A stretch of DNA of 64,000 nt from assembly GCA_039589315.1 (NCBI GenBank), contig JBDHHQ010000013.1:64001-128000 (forward strand), given 5' to 3'. Source of the DNA: Gemmatimonadota bacterium. GTDB taxonomy: Bacteria > Gemmatimonadota > Gemmatimonadetes > Longimicrobiales > Gaopeijiaceae. Positions 26,426 to 36,615 of the stretch are shown here, piece after piece. Each line of letters begins with the position of its first letter. Position 1 is the stretch's first letter. The position numbers and the translations under genes are program-made. The notes beneath the pieces were generated by a model. That model was not told the origin of the DNA. It saw only the letters and a program-made list of their open reading frames with translations, and did not search any database.

Positions 26426-26878
26426 ATGCGCCCTATTCTCCCCATCCTCGCCGCCTCGGTCGCCTTCATGGTGGCCTGTCAGGGCGGCGAGCCCGCTGAA
26501 GAACAGTCCGCTGCCACCGGCGCCGACTCCGTTGCGGCCGCCTTGGCAGCCTTCGATCCGGCTGGGTTCGACTCGATCAGCTGGGACACCCATGAGGCCG
26601 CTCTGGAGAGGGGTGGCGTCGTGTTCCGCTTCAGCTGCCGGAAGTGCCATGGTGAAGCCGGTGCCGGTGATGGGGGCTTCGTCGCCGCCGGGGACACCCT
26701 CCAGCCGCCGTCCTTCCTGGCCGAAGAGTGGCCGTTCGCGGAGGACCGCGAGGCCCTGAGACAGCATATCTACACCGGCACCGCCGACGGCATGCCGCAC
26801 TGGGGTCTCGAGGGCCTGAAATACCGGGATATCGACGCGGTCTCGTTCTACATCCTGGAGAGCCTGCGCGCCCACTAG
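26426..26878 (+). CDS. Monoheme cytochrome c lipoprotein
   Basis: Lipobox MVAC; CRKCH; distal GMPHW methionine; SD GGAGG. Confidence 0.9.
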   Translation: MRPILPILAASVAFMVACQGGEPAEEQSAATGADSVAAALAAFDPAGFDSISWDTHEAALERGGVVFRFSCRKCHGEAGAGDGGFVAAGDTLQPPSFLAEEWPFAEDREALRQHIYTGTADGMPHWGLEGLKYRDIDAVSFYILESLRAH

Positions 26879-26906
26879 GGCGAGAGGAGACGGCGGTCCG
26901 ACCCCC

Positions 26907-27599
26907 TCACATGCTGATCGTGTAGGGGAACCAGGAGGCCACGGGTTTTCCGCCCTGCCGGGCGGGTTCGAACACCCACTGGGACGCTTCCCGCATCAAG
27001 CGCCGGTTGAAGTCACCGTCCGAGGTGGGCGGCTCGAGCCGGGTCGAGTCGGGCACCACGCGTCCTCGCTCGTCCACGAAGACCCAAACCTCCACCTCCC
27101 GGCCTTTGAGCTTGTCGTTGGCCGGCGGCATGATCATGCCGCGGGGCGACGGAGGAACGAGTCGGAAGAGCCCTTCTTCCGCAGTGCCGCCATCCCCCCG
27201 ACCTTCGCCCCCTTCGATGCCGGGCGGGCCCGGCGAATCTCCCGGGCGATCGCCGAGCACGTCGGCCATGGCATCCTCCAGCTCGGGCTCGAAGTCCGGG
27301 GGCTCCACCGGCGTCACCGTCGGTAGGGGGATCCGTGGGGGCACGATGGGGCGGGGCGGTGGAATCCGGATGGACATGGCCTGCATGGAGCCACCGGCCG
27401 CCCGGTTGTCACCCGCTCGAGGGCCTGCGGCCGCGAAGGGGCTCATGAGGGGACCGTCCGTACGCCAGAACACGAAGACCAGGAGGTGGAACAGCAGGGA
27501 GACCAGGAGCGCGTTCCTCCAGGTCTTCCGATCTCGCGCCCGTCGCTCTCCCAGGGAGAGGTCCTTCGGCAAGTGCATCAGCTCCGACTTCGATGACAT
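26907..27599 (-). CDS. TonB-like energy transducer
   Basis: TM anchor with SLLFH, Pro-rich linker, C-terminal VFVDERGRV...WVFEPARQGGKPV. Confidence 0.82.
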   Translation of the reverse strand: MSSKSELMHLPKDLSLGERRARDRKTWRNALLVSLLFHLLVFVFWRTDGPLMSPFAAAGPRAGDNRAAGGSMQAMSIRIPPPRPIVPPRIPLPTVTPVEPPDFEPELEDAMADVLGDRPGDSPGPPGIEGGEGRGDGGTAEEGLFRLVPPSPRGMIMPPANDKLKGREVEVWVFVDERGRVVPDSTRLEPPTSDGDFNRRLMREASQWVFEPARQGGKPVASWFPYTISM

Positions 27600-27635
27600 C
27601 CGGTCCGTGATCCTCTGGTGTGCACCCGCGTGAGG

Positions 27636-28895
27636 TCAGCGTGGCCTCGTCGCCCCACCGCCCTCCAGACGGATCACGTGGAGCCGCCGGTCGTCGCGGT
27701 CCAGGACGAACAGGTTCCCGGCACTCCTTACTACTGCGTAGGGTTCACCGAGGTTTCCCACCACCGCCGTGACCTGGGGGGCCGCCGGGTCGGCCAGATC
27801 CAGAATCACCAGACCCTGCTCTCCGGCGGCGACGTACCCGATGCTGCCCGAGACGTCGGCGTCGAAGGCGTACCGAACGCCGTCGTAGACGGATGCGAGG
27901 TCCGGTCGCCGGGCGTCGGCGAGGCTCACGACGCTGACGCCGGACTCCCCTCCCGCCACCACTGCCAATCCGCCGCTCAGGGCGATTCTGCGGCCGGGCC
28001 CGGGGAGGTCTACGGACCCCAGGGTCTCCAGGGTGCTCGCAGAGCGGGACACCACGCGGCTCCCGGCCAACTCCCAGATCAGCTGACCGTCCTCGGTCCA
28101 TGCGATGGATCGCGCGGGCGTACCTTCGGTGGCCACCGACTCCTCGGTCACCTTCACCGTGTTGCCGGTTCCCTCTACCGACAGCAACCGCAGCGTCCCC
28201 TCTCCCCCCAGGACGAGCCGGCTTCCGCCGTCGGCCGCCAAGGCAGAGCCTCCGTTGCCGAACACTCTTCTGGCTGCGCGGACCGCACCGTCCTGGTCGA
28301 AGGCCAGGACAGCCTGGGCAGACGTCGCCAGCAGGGCCTGGTGCTCCTCCAGCACCACCGCTGCAAAAAGGCCCCGGGCGGCGTGGGTGCTCGTCACACC
28401 CGCGCTGCCCGTGGCACGGGCGAGGCCGGCCTCGCCCAGGAGGGCGACGCCGCCGGGAATGCGAGCCATGTGCTCCGGGGGTAGGGGCACTTCGAACGCG
28501 CTGGCGTCGAGGTCGGCAGTGGGGCCGGCCACCCACCGCCGGGCAGCCTCCCGGTCCCGGTCGAGGCCGATCAGGAAGCCGGCCAACACGCCGGCCGTCG
28601 CCGCGATCGGAGCGAAGCAGTTCCGGGAGCCGCAGCCGCCTACGGCGAAGTCCTCCGACATGTAGGCCGGTACGCCCACGAGAACGCCGCCGATGGCGCC
28701 GTACAGCCACTTGCGGTGGCCCGTCGGGGGCTCCTCCTGAGCGGCCAGGGGAGCCGGGAGTCCCACCATCACCGAGGCGAGAGCCAGCGGGGCCATCAGG
28801 GCCGGACGAAGTGCGGCGCGACGACCGTGACCCATGGTGGTCGTCAGGACGGTGGCCTCGCGTCGGCGACCGCCGCTCCAGGGCGTGAGGCGCAC
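27636..28895 (-). CDS. Secreted/membrane beta-propeller (LVIVD-repeat-like) protein
   Basis: Repeats such as YVAAGEQGLVILDLADPAAP and VVAGGESGVSVVSLADARRP; start uncertain. Confidence 0.78.
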   Translation of the reverse strand: MRLTPWSGGRRREATVLTTTMGHGRRAALRPALMAPLALASVMVGLPAPLAAQEEPPTGHRKWLYGAIGGVLVGVPAYMSEDFAVGGCGSRNCFAPIAATAGVLAGFLIGLDRDREAARRWVAGPTADLDASAFEVPLPPEHMARIPGGVALLGEAGLARATGSAGVTSTHAARGLFAAVVLEEHQALLATSAQAVLAFDQDGAVRAARRVFGNGGSALAADGGSRLVLGGEGTLRLLSVEGTGNTVKVTEESVATEGTPARSIAWTEDGQLIWELAGSRVVSRSASTLETLGSVDLPGPGRRIALSGGLAVVAGGESGVSVVSLADARRPDLASVYDGVRYAFDADVSGSIGYVAAGEQGLVILDLADPAAPQVTAVVGNLGEPYAVVRSAGNLFVLDRDDRRLHVIRLEGGGATRPR

Positions 28896-31078
28896 TAGTC
28901 GGGGAGGGGGATCTCGAAGGTGCGTGCGGTGGTCATCTCGGTGCCTGCGTTCCGATCCGTCACCGTGAGCTCCAGAACGTACCGACCCGGGCGGGCATCG
29001 TCCAAGGTGATGTTCAGGTACTCGGGGATCACGTCCCGCGCCACCACGCGTTCCTCTCTCCCGAACTCGAGCTCCACCGACTGTCTCCCCTCGTCAGTGA
29101 GACCGAGCGCATCCCCAGCCCCCCCGGCGAGCTGTCCCAGCAGGCCTCTCCGGTAGATCTCCTGCAGGTACACCACGAGCCGGAGCTCGTACGAGGCGAA
29201 TTGCTCGGCGTCGGGGGCCAGATTGTACAGCTCGAAGTAGAGGGCGATGGGCTGGTTTCGCCCGAAGGCCAGGGTCGGCTCGACGTCCATGTCGAACTCG
29301 TGGCGCAGGGTGGGGTTCTCGACCAGGGGCTCGACCCGGTTGGCCAGCAGGACGTCGGACATGGACGGCTCGCCCGCGGGGAACGACTTCGGCCCGATTC
29401 GCGTGCGGTGGGCCGCCGAAGCCCATGTGATGGGGTCCCTGACCTCGGCCGCCACCAGATACGCCCGCTCCGGGGGGACGTCGGCCCGCCAGCGCCGAAC
29501 GGTCCGGCGGGCTCGCTCTCCCACCTCCAGGCTCTCGGCTTCGGTGACGCGGCGGATCTCGACGCCGTCCTCGTCGATCACGAACAGGCCGTGCTCCAGC
29601 GTCGTCTCCACCACAGAGCCGACCCGGCCGATGCTGTCGAGGGGGAACAGCGCGTGCACTTCGAGGGCCACGGCGTCGCCGCTCCCGCGGAACCGGGCGA
29701 GCTGCGCCGGCATGGGAATGAGCGTCGGGAGCGAAGGGGCGGTCATGCGGTTCGGCTGCATCGACCGGTAGTCGTCCGCGTAGAAGCGGAAGTCCGACGC
29801 GAACGTGGCCCGCCGATACCCCGGGTTCTGGTGGAAGACGAACACCGGCCCCCGCCGGCCGTAGGTCCAGACGGTGGTGATGCGGCCAGCCAGCGTGATG
29901 TCCGCGGCCGCGTTCTCGCCGGTGTTCGGAGAGAAGCTGGCACTCCGGAGCGGCTCACCGTATCGGACCCAGATCACGCCCTTGTCCGTCTGCCACCCCG
30001 GCAGCTTGTATTCGTTCACGCCGAAGCGAAGGTCGGCGTAGGCCATGCGAGCCACGTACTCGGCCCGGAACTCGTTGGACGGCGTGAGGAAGAGGGGGTC
30101 GGAAGCCAGCCAGAAGCGCCGACGCGCCTCGGTCCGGGCGGCCGCAGTCAGGTCCTCGTACCGCGCCGCTTCCTTCTTGGTCATGAGCCGGGCCACGGAG
30201 AGGAACTCCTCCGCGGCGTCGTCGGGCATCAGCTCCACGGCATACTGGAACGCGCCGGCCGCCTCATCCTCCCGTCCCATGGCGTGGAGGCCCAGCCCCA
30301 GGGCCAGGTACGCCTTCGGCTCCACCGGCGCCGCGCGAGCGAAGCGGCGGGCCTCGGCCATGAACTCGTCCAGGTACCGCTGGTCGTAGTAATAGGCGAG
30401 CAGCTGGGTCGCGGCGCCTACGTGGCCTGGAGACGCCTTCAGGGCCTCTTCCAGGTGGGCGAGCATCTCCGTGCGCTGCTCGACGCCTTGCCCTCTCCAC
30501 GTGGACGACCTGTCCAGCATGTTCCACACGTACCGGGGGTCGGCGAAGGCCAGCGCAGCGTCCAATCGATCGATGCCGGGAGGCAGACGATGCCGGTCGC
30601 GGAAGCGCAGCCACTGCACCTCCTTGAACAGGGCCAGCTGGTAGTGGATCTCCGCCAGCGTCTCCGCGTCTGCCCGTTCGGCCAGCTCGAGGGCGCGGCC
30701 GAACACGCGGCCGGCGTCCACCCGAATCTCCTGCATCAGCAGGAGCTTCCCGAGCTCGAGCCAATACCGCGGATTGGCGGGATCGTACCGGATCGCGTCT
30801 TCGAACGCACGCTGGGCGTCCAACCGCTCGTCGAGGAACGCGCCCTCCTTGGTCGAGCGGCGGAACTGGAGCAGACCCCGCTGGAAGTGCGCCTCGGCGA
30901 AGCTCGGGTCCAGGGTGGTGGCCTCGGCCATGAATGCGAGAGCCCCGACCGTGTCGCCCTGCTGCGCTGACTGGATGCCGCTGGCGAACGCGTCCCTCGC
31001 CTCATGCAGCTGCGCCGCCGCGCCCGGCGCCAGCGGCAGGATCGAGATGAGGAATATGACGACTCGTGTGTGCTTCAT
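28895..31078 (-). CDS. GWxTD-domain protein with TPRs
   Basis: Signal peptide, TPRs, FW..SDP..LTPSNE, GWQTDKGVIWVRYGEP. Confidence 0.92.
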   Translation of the reverse strand: MKHTRVVIFLISILPLAPGAAAQLHEARDAFASGIQSAQQGDTVGALAFMAEATTLDPSFAEAHFQRGLLQFRRSTKEGAFLDERLDAQRAFEDAIRYDPANPRYWLELGKLLLMQEIRVDAGRVFGRALELAERADAETLAEIHYQLALFKEVQWLRFRDRHRLPPGIDRLDAALAFADPRYVWNMLDRSSTWRGQGVEQRTEMLAHLEEALKASPGHVGAATQLLAYYYDQRYLDEFMAEARRFARAAPVEPKAYLALGLGLHAMGREDEAAGAFQYAVELMPDDAAEEFLSVARLMTKKEAARYEDLTAAARTEARRRFWLASDPLFLTPSNEFRAEYVARMAYADLRFGVNEYKLPGWQTDKGVIWVRYGEPLRSASFSPNTGENAAADITLAGRITTVWTYGRRGPVFVFHQNPGYRRATFASDFRFYADDYRSMQPNRMTAPSLPTLIPMPAQLARFRGSGDAVALEVHALFPLDSIGRVGSVVETTLEHGLFVIDEDGVEIRRVTEAESLEVGERARRTVRRWRADVPPERAYLVAAEVRDPITWASAAHRTRIGPKSFPAGEPSMSDVLLANRVEPLVENPTLRHEFDMDVEPTLAFGRNQPIALYFELYNLAPDAEQFASYELRLVVYLQEIYRRGLLGQLAGGAGDALGLTDEGRQSVELEFGREERVVARDVIPEYLNITLDDARPGRYVLELTVTDRNAGTEMTTARTFEIPLPD

Positions 31079-31419
31079 CCGAGGTGGTACGGGAGTGCCT
31101 GGTCCCGGCAAAGTGCCGGAGTCTCACAGAAACGGTCCAGCGCGTCGGGGTGACATCCGGCGGGTCACCTCGCCCGCGCAGTTTCATACGCCCCCGTAAG
31201 GTAAGGGATTTCATCAAGGGAGGTGGTGAGGTAGGCGGGAGGTGTGTGGCGGGCGGCCCGGCCCGGTCCCGGCAGGTGCCCGACCCGGGTCAACGGCGGG
31301 CTCCGACCCGGCCCGGGCAGCCGATCCGCTTGCGAGCACTCCGGCCTCATGTCAACTTCGTCGCATGTTCGACACCGGCAGAACCACGGTGCGACCGGCC
31401 GCGGGTCCGGTGTACGGCG

Positions 31420-32313
31420 TTGGCTGAAGTGGCGCCTCGCAAGTCCGCGTCCCCCCCTTCTCAACCCGCCGCCTACCTCGAGTTGACCAAGCCGGGCATT
31501 GCCGTCTTCGTGATGATCACGGCTGGCGTGGGCTACTACGTGGCTGCACGAGGCGTGGTCGTCGCATCCGATCTCGTGAACACGCTGATCGGCACGCTGG
31601 TTGCTACCGGAGGGGCCCTGGCCCTGAACCAGTTCCTCGAGCGTGGTCCGGACGCAATCATGCTCCGCACCCGGAGGCGCCCCCTCCCGTCGGGACGGGT
31701 CCGACCCAATCAGGCCCTGGCCTTCGGCTCGTTCCTCAACCTCGCGGGAACCGCCTATCTGGCTCTTGCCGTAGGCTGGCTCCCGGCCACGATCACCGTC
31801 ACGAGCACGGTGGCGTACGCGCTCGTCTACACGCCGCTCAAGTCCCGGTCGTACATGGCCACACCGATCGGTGCGATCCCCGGTGCCGCCCCTGCTCTCA
31901 TCGGCTGGAGCGCCGCCACGGGGTCACTGTCGACAGGGGCCTGGGTCCTCTTCGGGATCGGGTTCCTTTGGCAGCTTCCCCACGTCCTCTCCCTCGGGTG
32001 GATGTTGAGGGACGACTACGCCCGGGTCGGGTTCCGCTTGATCCCGCCGTCGGATCCAGAGGGCCGCCGCGTCGGGCGACATCTGGTCTTCTACAGCGTG
32101 GCCCTGATCCCCATGAGCCTCGCACCTACGTTCCTCGGACTGACCAGCGGGGTCTACCTCGCCGGTGCGGCGATCCTCGGCGTGGGGTTCCTCTCGCTCG
32201 GCGTGCCGTGCCTTTGGAGCATCGATGACGCCCGGGCCCGCCGCGTCTTCCTGGGAACCCTCCTATACCATCCCCTGCTGCTGGGGATGGTGGTTCTTGG
32301 CGTACGCACATGA
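31420..32313 (+). CDS. cyoE: Protoheme IX farnesyltransferase (heme o synthase)
   Basis: YLELTKPG, NQFLERGPDAIMLRTRRRPLPSG, YTPLK, WQLPH, DDYARVG; start approximate. Confidence 0.93.
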   Translation: MAEVAPRKSASPPSQPAAYLELTKPGIAVFVMITAGVGYYVAARGVVVASDLVNTLIGTLVATGGALALNQFLERGPDAIMLRTRRRPLPSGRVRPNQALAFGSFLNLAGTAYLALAVGWLPATITVTSTVAYALVYTPLKSRSYMATPIGAIPGAAPALIGWSAATGSLSTGAWVLFGIGFLWQLPHVLSLGWMLRDDYARVGFRLIPPSDPEGRRVGRHLVFYSVALIPMSLAPTFLGLTSGVYLAGAAILGVGFLSLGVPCLWSIDDARARRVFLGTLLYHPLLLGMVVLGVRT

Positions 32314-33548
32314 TCCGGTTGCTCGTCGCTCTGCCGTTGCTCCTCCCCTTCCCCGCGCTCGGTCAGGAGAACCAGCGCCCCCGGGCGCGAGACGTCGGGA
32401 TAGAGGTGGGGGTGTTCGCGCCGGGGCCCTTGAACGCCATCACCGACGTCCGTGGCGTGCTGGTGGGCCACACGACCGTTCGGGAGGGCGACCGCGTCCG
32501 GACTGGTGTGACGGCGATTCGTCCCCATCCGGGGAACGTCTACCAGCAGCGCGTACCGGCCGCGATGCACGTCGGCAACGGATACGGCAAGCTGCTGGGG
32601 GTGACCCAGGTGCGAGAGCTCGGCGAGCTGGAGACCCCCATCCTGCTCACGTGCACGCTCTGCGTCTGGAAGGCGGCCGACGCGCTGGTGGAGTGGATGC
32701 TGGAGCGCGAGGGCATGGCGGAGGTGCAGTCGCTGAACGCGGTCGTGGGTGAGACGAACGACGGTGGGCTGAACGACATCCGGGCGCGCCCCATCGACGC
32801 CGCGCACGTGCGTCACGCGCTCGAGACCGCGACGGGTGGACCGGTGGAGGAGGGGTCGGTGGGCGCGGGGACCGGAACCCGGGCCTTCGGCTGGAAAGGC
32901 GGCATCGGCACGAGCAGTAGGATCCTCCCCGAGTCCCTGGGGGGGTTCACGCTGGGTGTCCTCGTCCAGTCCAACTTCGGTGGCATCCTCACCATCGGGG
33001 GTGCACCCGTGGGACGGGAGTTGGGGCGCTACTCGTTCCAGGAGGACGTGGAGCGCGGCGGAGGTGACGGATCGGCGGAGCCCGGCCGCGGGGACGCCGA
33101 GGGAGGGCGTAGGGACGCGGAGCTCGGCCGTGACGACAGAGGGGCGTGGGCCAGTGAGTGGGACGAGGGTCAGGGCTCCATCATGATGGTCGTCGCCACC
33201 GACGCCCCCCTGTCCGATCGCAACCTGCAGCGGTTGGGCGCCCGGGCCATCATGGGACTCGCTCGCACCGGGTCCTTCGCCGGAAACGGATCGGGGGACT
33301 ACGTGATCGCGTTTTCCACGGCGGAGTCTGTGCGGCGTCCGAGAGACCTACCCGTGCGCACCGTCGAGGAGCTGGACAACGGTGAGATGTCCGCGCTGTT
33401 CGAGGCGGCGGTGGAGGCCACGGAAGAGGCGATCTACAACTCCCTCTTCCGAGCTCACACGGTCACGGGGATGGGGACGACAGCGGAGGCTCTCCCGTTG
33501 GAGGCGACGTTGCGGATCCTGCGGCGGTACGGCGTCATCGAGCCGTAG
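32310..33548 (+). CDS. P1 family (DmpA-like) aminopeptidase, secreted
   Basis: NAITDV, GNGYGK, ETNDG, GSVGAGTG, G-S cleavage site QGSI, GNGSGD. Confidence 0.93.
   Translation: MIRLLVALPLLLPFPALGQENQRPRARDVGIEVGVFAPGPLNAITDVRGVLVGHTTVREGDRVRTGVTAIRPHPGNVYQQRVPAAMHVGNGYGKLLGVTQVRELGELETPILLTCTLCVWKAADALVEWMLEREGMAEVQSLNAVVGETNDGGLNDIRARPIDAAHVRHALETATGGPVEEGSVGAGTGTRAFGWKGGIGTSSRILPESLGGFTLGVLVQSNFGGILTIGGAPVGRELGRYSFQEDVERGGGDGSAEPGRGDAEGGRRDAELGRDDRGAWASEWDEGQGSIMMVVATDAPLSDRNLQRLGARAIMGLARTGSFAGNGSGDYVIAFSTAESVRRPRDLPVRTVEELDNGEMSALFEAAVEATEEAIYNSLFRAHTVTGMGTTAEALPLEATLRILRRYGVIEP
33075..33137 (+). repeat. Three degenerate 21-bp in-frame repeats
   Basis: Encodes AEPGRGD-AEGGRRD-AELGRDD inside the DmpA-like gene. 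Confidence 0.7.
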
Positions 33549-33602
33549 GGCGCGGGAGTACCTTCCCGTGCTGGTGGTCCACTCAGCGGGACGGGACCGG
33601 CG

Positions 33603-35207
33603 CTATCCCAGATCCACCGCGCTGGCCTTCATGACCTCACCCATGGCCAGGAGCTCACTCACCAGGTCGGCGCTGACCTCGCCATCCACCGAGATGGCCG
33701 CGAACGCGTCGCCACCCGACACGGGCCGCGCCTGGTGGTATTCCGCGATGTTGAGGCCGTGCTGACCCAGGATCGTCCCCACACAACCGATGACGCCGGG
33801 CACGTCGCGGTTGCGAAGGACGATCAGCGTGCCGTGGGGAACGATCTCCACCCGGTACCCGTCGACCTTGACCAGGCGTGGGTGCTGTCCTTCGAGCAGC
33901 GCGCCGGCCACCTGGGCCTTTCCGCCGTCGGCCCGGATCCGGACCTCGAGGTACTCGGAGTAGTCGGGGCGCCGCTCGCTTCGTGTCGTGGACAGGCGAA
34001 TGCCCCGCTGCCGCGCCAGGTGGGCCGCGTTCACGAAGTTGACCCGGTCCCGGCCGAGGGCGTTGGACAGCAGACCGACCAGCACCGACGCCAGGAGCGA
34101 GCTCAGGCCGTCCGCCTCCTCCCCCGCGTAGCGGATCTCGACGCTCTGGAGCCCCCCGTTGGTAATGGCACGCGCCAGTCGCCCGGCACGTTTGGCCAGG
34201 TCAAGGAGTGGCCTGAGGCGCGCGAGCGCTTCCCCCCCGATGGCCGGAGCGTTCACCGCCCGACTCAGGTCACCGTGCAGGAGCGCCGCCTTCACCGCCT
34301 CGGCGATCTCTCCGGCCACGAGCTCCTGGGCCTCCGCAGTCGATGCGCCCAGGTGAGGGGTCAGGACCAGATTCGGGGAGTCCCGCAGCGGTGAGTCGGC
34401 CGCCAGGGGCTCGCTGGCGAACACGTCGAGGGCGGCGCCGGCGATCTGGCCGTCCGTCAACGCGTCGGCCAGCGCGCTCTCGTCCAGGACTCCGCCACGT
34501 GACACGTTGACGATGAAGGCGGTGGGCTTCATGCGAGCCAGCTCGGCCGTGCCGACCATCCCCTCCGTCGACCTCGTGAGCGGCACGTGCAGGGACACGA
34601 CGTCCGCCCGCTCCAGGATCTCGCTCATGGAGACCTGCGAGACGCCGAGACGGGTCGCCCGCTCCTCGCTCAGATAGGGGTCGTGAACGATCACGCGCAT
34701 GCCGAAGCCCCGCGCCCGCTTCGCCACCTCACCACCGATCCGCCCTGCCCCGATCAGCCCCAGTGTCTTGCCACGAAGCTCGATACCGGCGAAACGGGCC
34801 CGCTCCCACTCCCCCGCCCGCACCGATCGATCCGCTGCGGGCACGTGGCGCGCCGCGGCCAGGACGAGGGCGAACGTGAGCTCGGCCGCCGAGACGGTGT
34901 TGCCCTCCGGCGCGTTCAGCACGGGAACGCCCCGGGCGGTGGCGGCCTCCAGGTCGATGTTGTCCACGCCGACCCCCGCCCGACCGATGGCGCGGAGACC
35001 CGGGGCCCCGGCCAGGAGCTCGGACGTGACCTTCGTGGCGGACCGCACGATCAAGGCGTCGGCTTCGGCGAGGGCATACTCCAGCGCGCCCCGTTCCTCT
35101 CCCACCGTGAATACGACCTCGAAGCGGGCGTCATCGGTCAGCGCCTGCAGGCCCGAAGGAGAGACCTTGTCGGCCACCACCACGGTGAATCTGCCGTCGT
35201 CGTTCAT
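33603..35207 (-). CDS. serA: D-3-phosphoglycerate dehydrogenase
   Basis: RAGVGVDNID, GAGRIG, TPHLGASTAEAQ, ASB and ACT domains. Confidence 0.96.
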   Translation of the reverse strand: MNDDGRFTVVVADKVSPSGLQALTDDARFEVVFTVGEERGALEYALAEADALIVRSATKVTSELLAGAPGLRAIGRAGVGVDNIDLEAATARGVPVLNAPEGNTVSAAELTFALVLAAARHVPAADRSVRAGEWERARFAGIELRGKTLGLIGAGRIGGEVAKRARGFGMRVIVHDPYLSEERATRLGVSQVSMSEILERADVVSLHVPLTRSTEGMVGTAELARMKPTAFIVNVSRGGVLDESALADALTDGQIAGAALDVFASEPLAADSPLRDSPNLVLTPHLGASTAEAQELVAGEIAEAVKAALLHGDLSRAVNAPAIGGEALARLRPLLDLAKRAGRLARAITNGGLQSVEIRYAGEEADGLSSLLASVLVGLLSNALGRDRVNFVNAAHLARQRGIRLSTTRSERRPDYSEYLEVRIRADGGKAQVAGALLEGQHPRLVKVDGYRVEIVPHGTLIVLRNRDVPGVIGCVGTILGQHGLNIAEYHQARPVSGGDAFAAISVDGEVSADLVSELLAMGEVMKASAVDLG

Positions 35208-36322
35208 TGCGCGAGCAGGACCTCCTCCAACTCTCCGAGCACGACCTCGAGCTCGGCGAGGGTATGGTCTCCCATGTGTCCAATACGGATGGTCGTCGCC
35301 TTCAACTTACCGTACCCACCGCCGATGACGATCCCCCGCTCCGCCATCCCGGCGACGAGGGGCGGTCCGGTCAGGGGCTCGGGAAGGCCGATACAGGTGA
35401 CGGTGGGCGAGCGGTACCCGGGCGGTGCGAGGACGGAGAGCTGCAGGCCGTGCCGGTCCCGCACCTCGTCGACCCAGCTCCAGCAGCGCTCCGCCATGTT
35501 CCTGTGTCGGGCGAACCGGGCCTCCAGCCCCTCGGTCGCCATGAAGCCCACCTGCTCGTCGAGCGCGTATAGGAGGGAGACGGCCGGCGTAGTCGGCGTT
35601 TGCAGCCTCTCGACATGCTTGGCGTGCTCCGTCAGGTCGAAGTAGTAGCCCTTGCCGGACAGGCTCTCCGACCGGGCCATCATCCGCTCGGATGCCACGC
35701 CGAAGGAGAGACCCGGCGGCAGGGCGAGGGCCTTCTGCGAACCCGTGAGGACGAAGTCCAGCGCCCGGCGGTCGGCGTCTACCGGGGTGCCTCCCGCCCC
35801 TGTGACCGAGTCCACCAGGAGCAGCGTATCCTCGTGGCCGTGTACCACCTCGGCGATGGCGTCGAGGTCGTTCAAAACGCCGGTCGAGGTCTCGGAGTGC
35901 ACGACCGACACGGCGTCATGGCCGCCCTCGGCCAGAGCGTCGGCGACGCGCTGCGGCTCATGGGCCGCACCCCACGCTGCCTCGAGCACGTCCGTCTCCA
36001 CGCCACAGGCAGCGGCGATCTTCGAGAATCGTCCAGAGAAGGCCCCGTTGACCAGACAGAGCACGCTTCGACGCACGCCGTTCCGGATAGCCGCCTCCAT
36101 GAGCCCGCTGGCGGACGACGTCGAGACGAACACGGGGCGATCGGTGCCGAAGACCGGCCTCAGACCGCGTTGCAGCCGAGCCATCAGCTCCTGGATCTCG
36201 GGTCCGCGGTGGCCGATGACCGGTCGGGCTTGGGCAACGAGCACCGGGACCCGCACCTCGGTGGGCCCAGGCAGGAAGAAGCGACCGAACGCTGGCGTCC
36301 GGTCGCCGCTGGCATTGTCCAT
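35204..36322 (-). CDS. Class V PLP aminotransferase (alanine-glyoxylate/serine-pyruvate type, likely SerC function)
   Basis: PGPT, HSETSTG, GSQKALALPPG, RIGHMG; ATGA overlap with serA. Confidence 0.92.
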   Translation of the reverse strand: MDNASGDRTPAFGRFFLPGPTEVRVPVLVAQARPVIGHRGPEIQELMARLQRGLRPVFGTDRPVFVSTSSASGLMEAAIRNGVRRSVLCLVNGAFSGRFSKIAAACGVETDVLEAAWGAAHEPQRVADALAEGGHDAVSVVHSETSTGVLNDLDAIAEVVHGHEDTLLLVDSVTGAGGTPVDADRRALDFVLTGSQKALALPPGLSFGVASERMMARSESLSGKGYYFDLTEHAKHVERLQTPTTPAVSLLYALDEQVGFMATEGLEARFARHRNMAERCWSWVDEVRDRHGLQLSVLAPPGYRSPTVTCIGLPEPLTGPPLVAGMAERGIVIGGGYGKLKATTIRIGHMGDHTLAELEVVLGELEEVLLAQ

Positions 36323-36454
36323 GGATCGTCCGTCATCGGGTGACAGGTTCGTCCGGAGCCCACGACAGCCGACACCGTCACCGGCCCGAGCCCGGTCGGA
36401 AGATACGCCTCCAGGTCTCGCCGGAAAGAACCCCCGTCCTTTCTGTGGTGCCTC

Positions 36455-36492
36455 AGAAAGAGAAGCAGGGGCGCCCAGGGCGGGCGCCCCTG
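36455..36492 (-). terminator. Intrinsic terminator downstream of the small-ORF cluster
   Basis: CAGGGGCGCCC-GCCCT-GGGCGCCCCTG followed by CTTCTCTTTCT. Confidence 0.65.
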
Positions 36493-36615
36493 TCCGGGGC
36501 AGGTGTGTCGGCTGGACCCCCGGTTCCACAGTCACGGGGGCCGGAAGCGACCGTCTTTGGGGAAGGGCGCGGCCGCCTCGGCGGGACCGGACTCAGTCCG
36601 GCGGTCGGGGTGGGG

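Noticed and set aside
4653..30970. Long antisense or alternative-frame ORFs (e.g. 4653-6335, 8321-10021, 22944-24038, 29201-30970)
   Set aside because: Shadow ORFs typical of high-GC DNA that overlap clearly identified genes.
36323..36615. ZTP or glycine riboswitch upstream of the serine genes
   Set aside because: GTGACTG and GCCGAC fragments are present, but the GGCG/CGCC pseudoknot and glycine aptamer consensus are not; the terminator fits the small-ORF operon.
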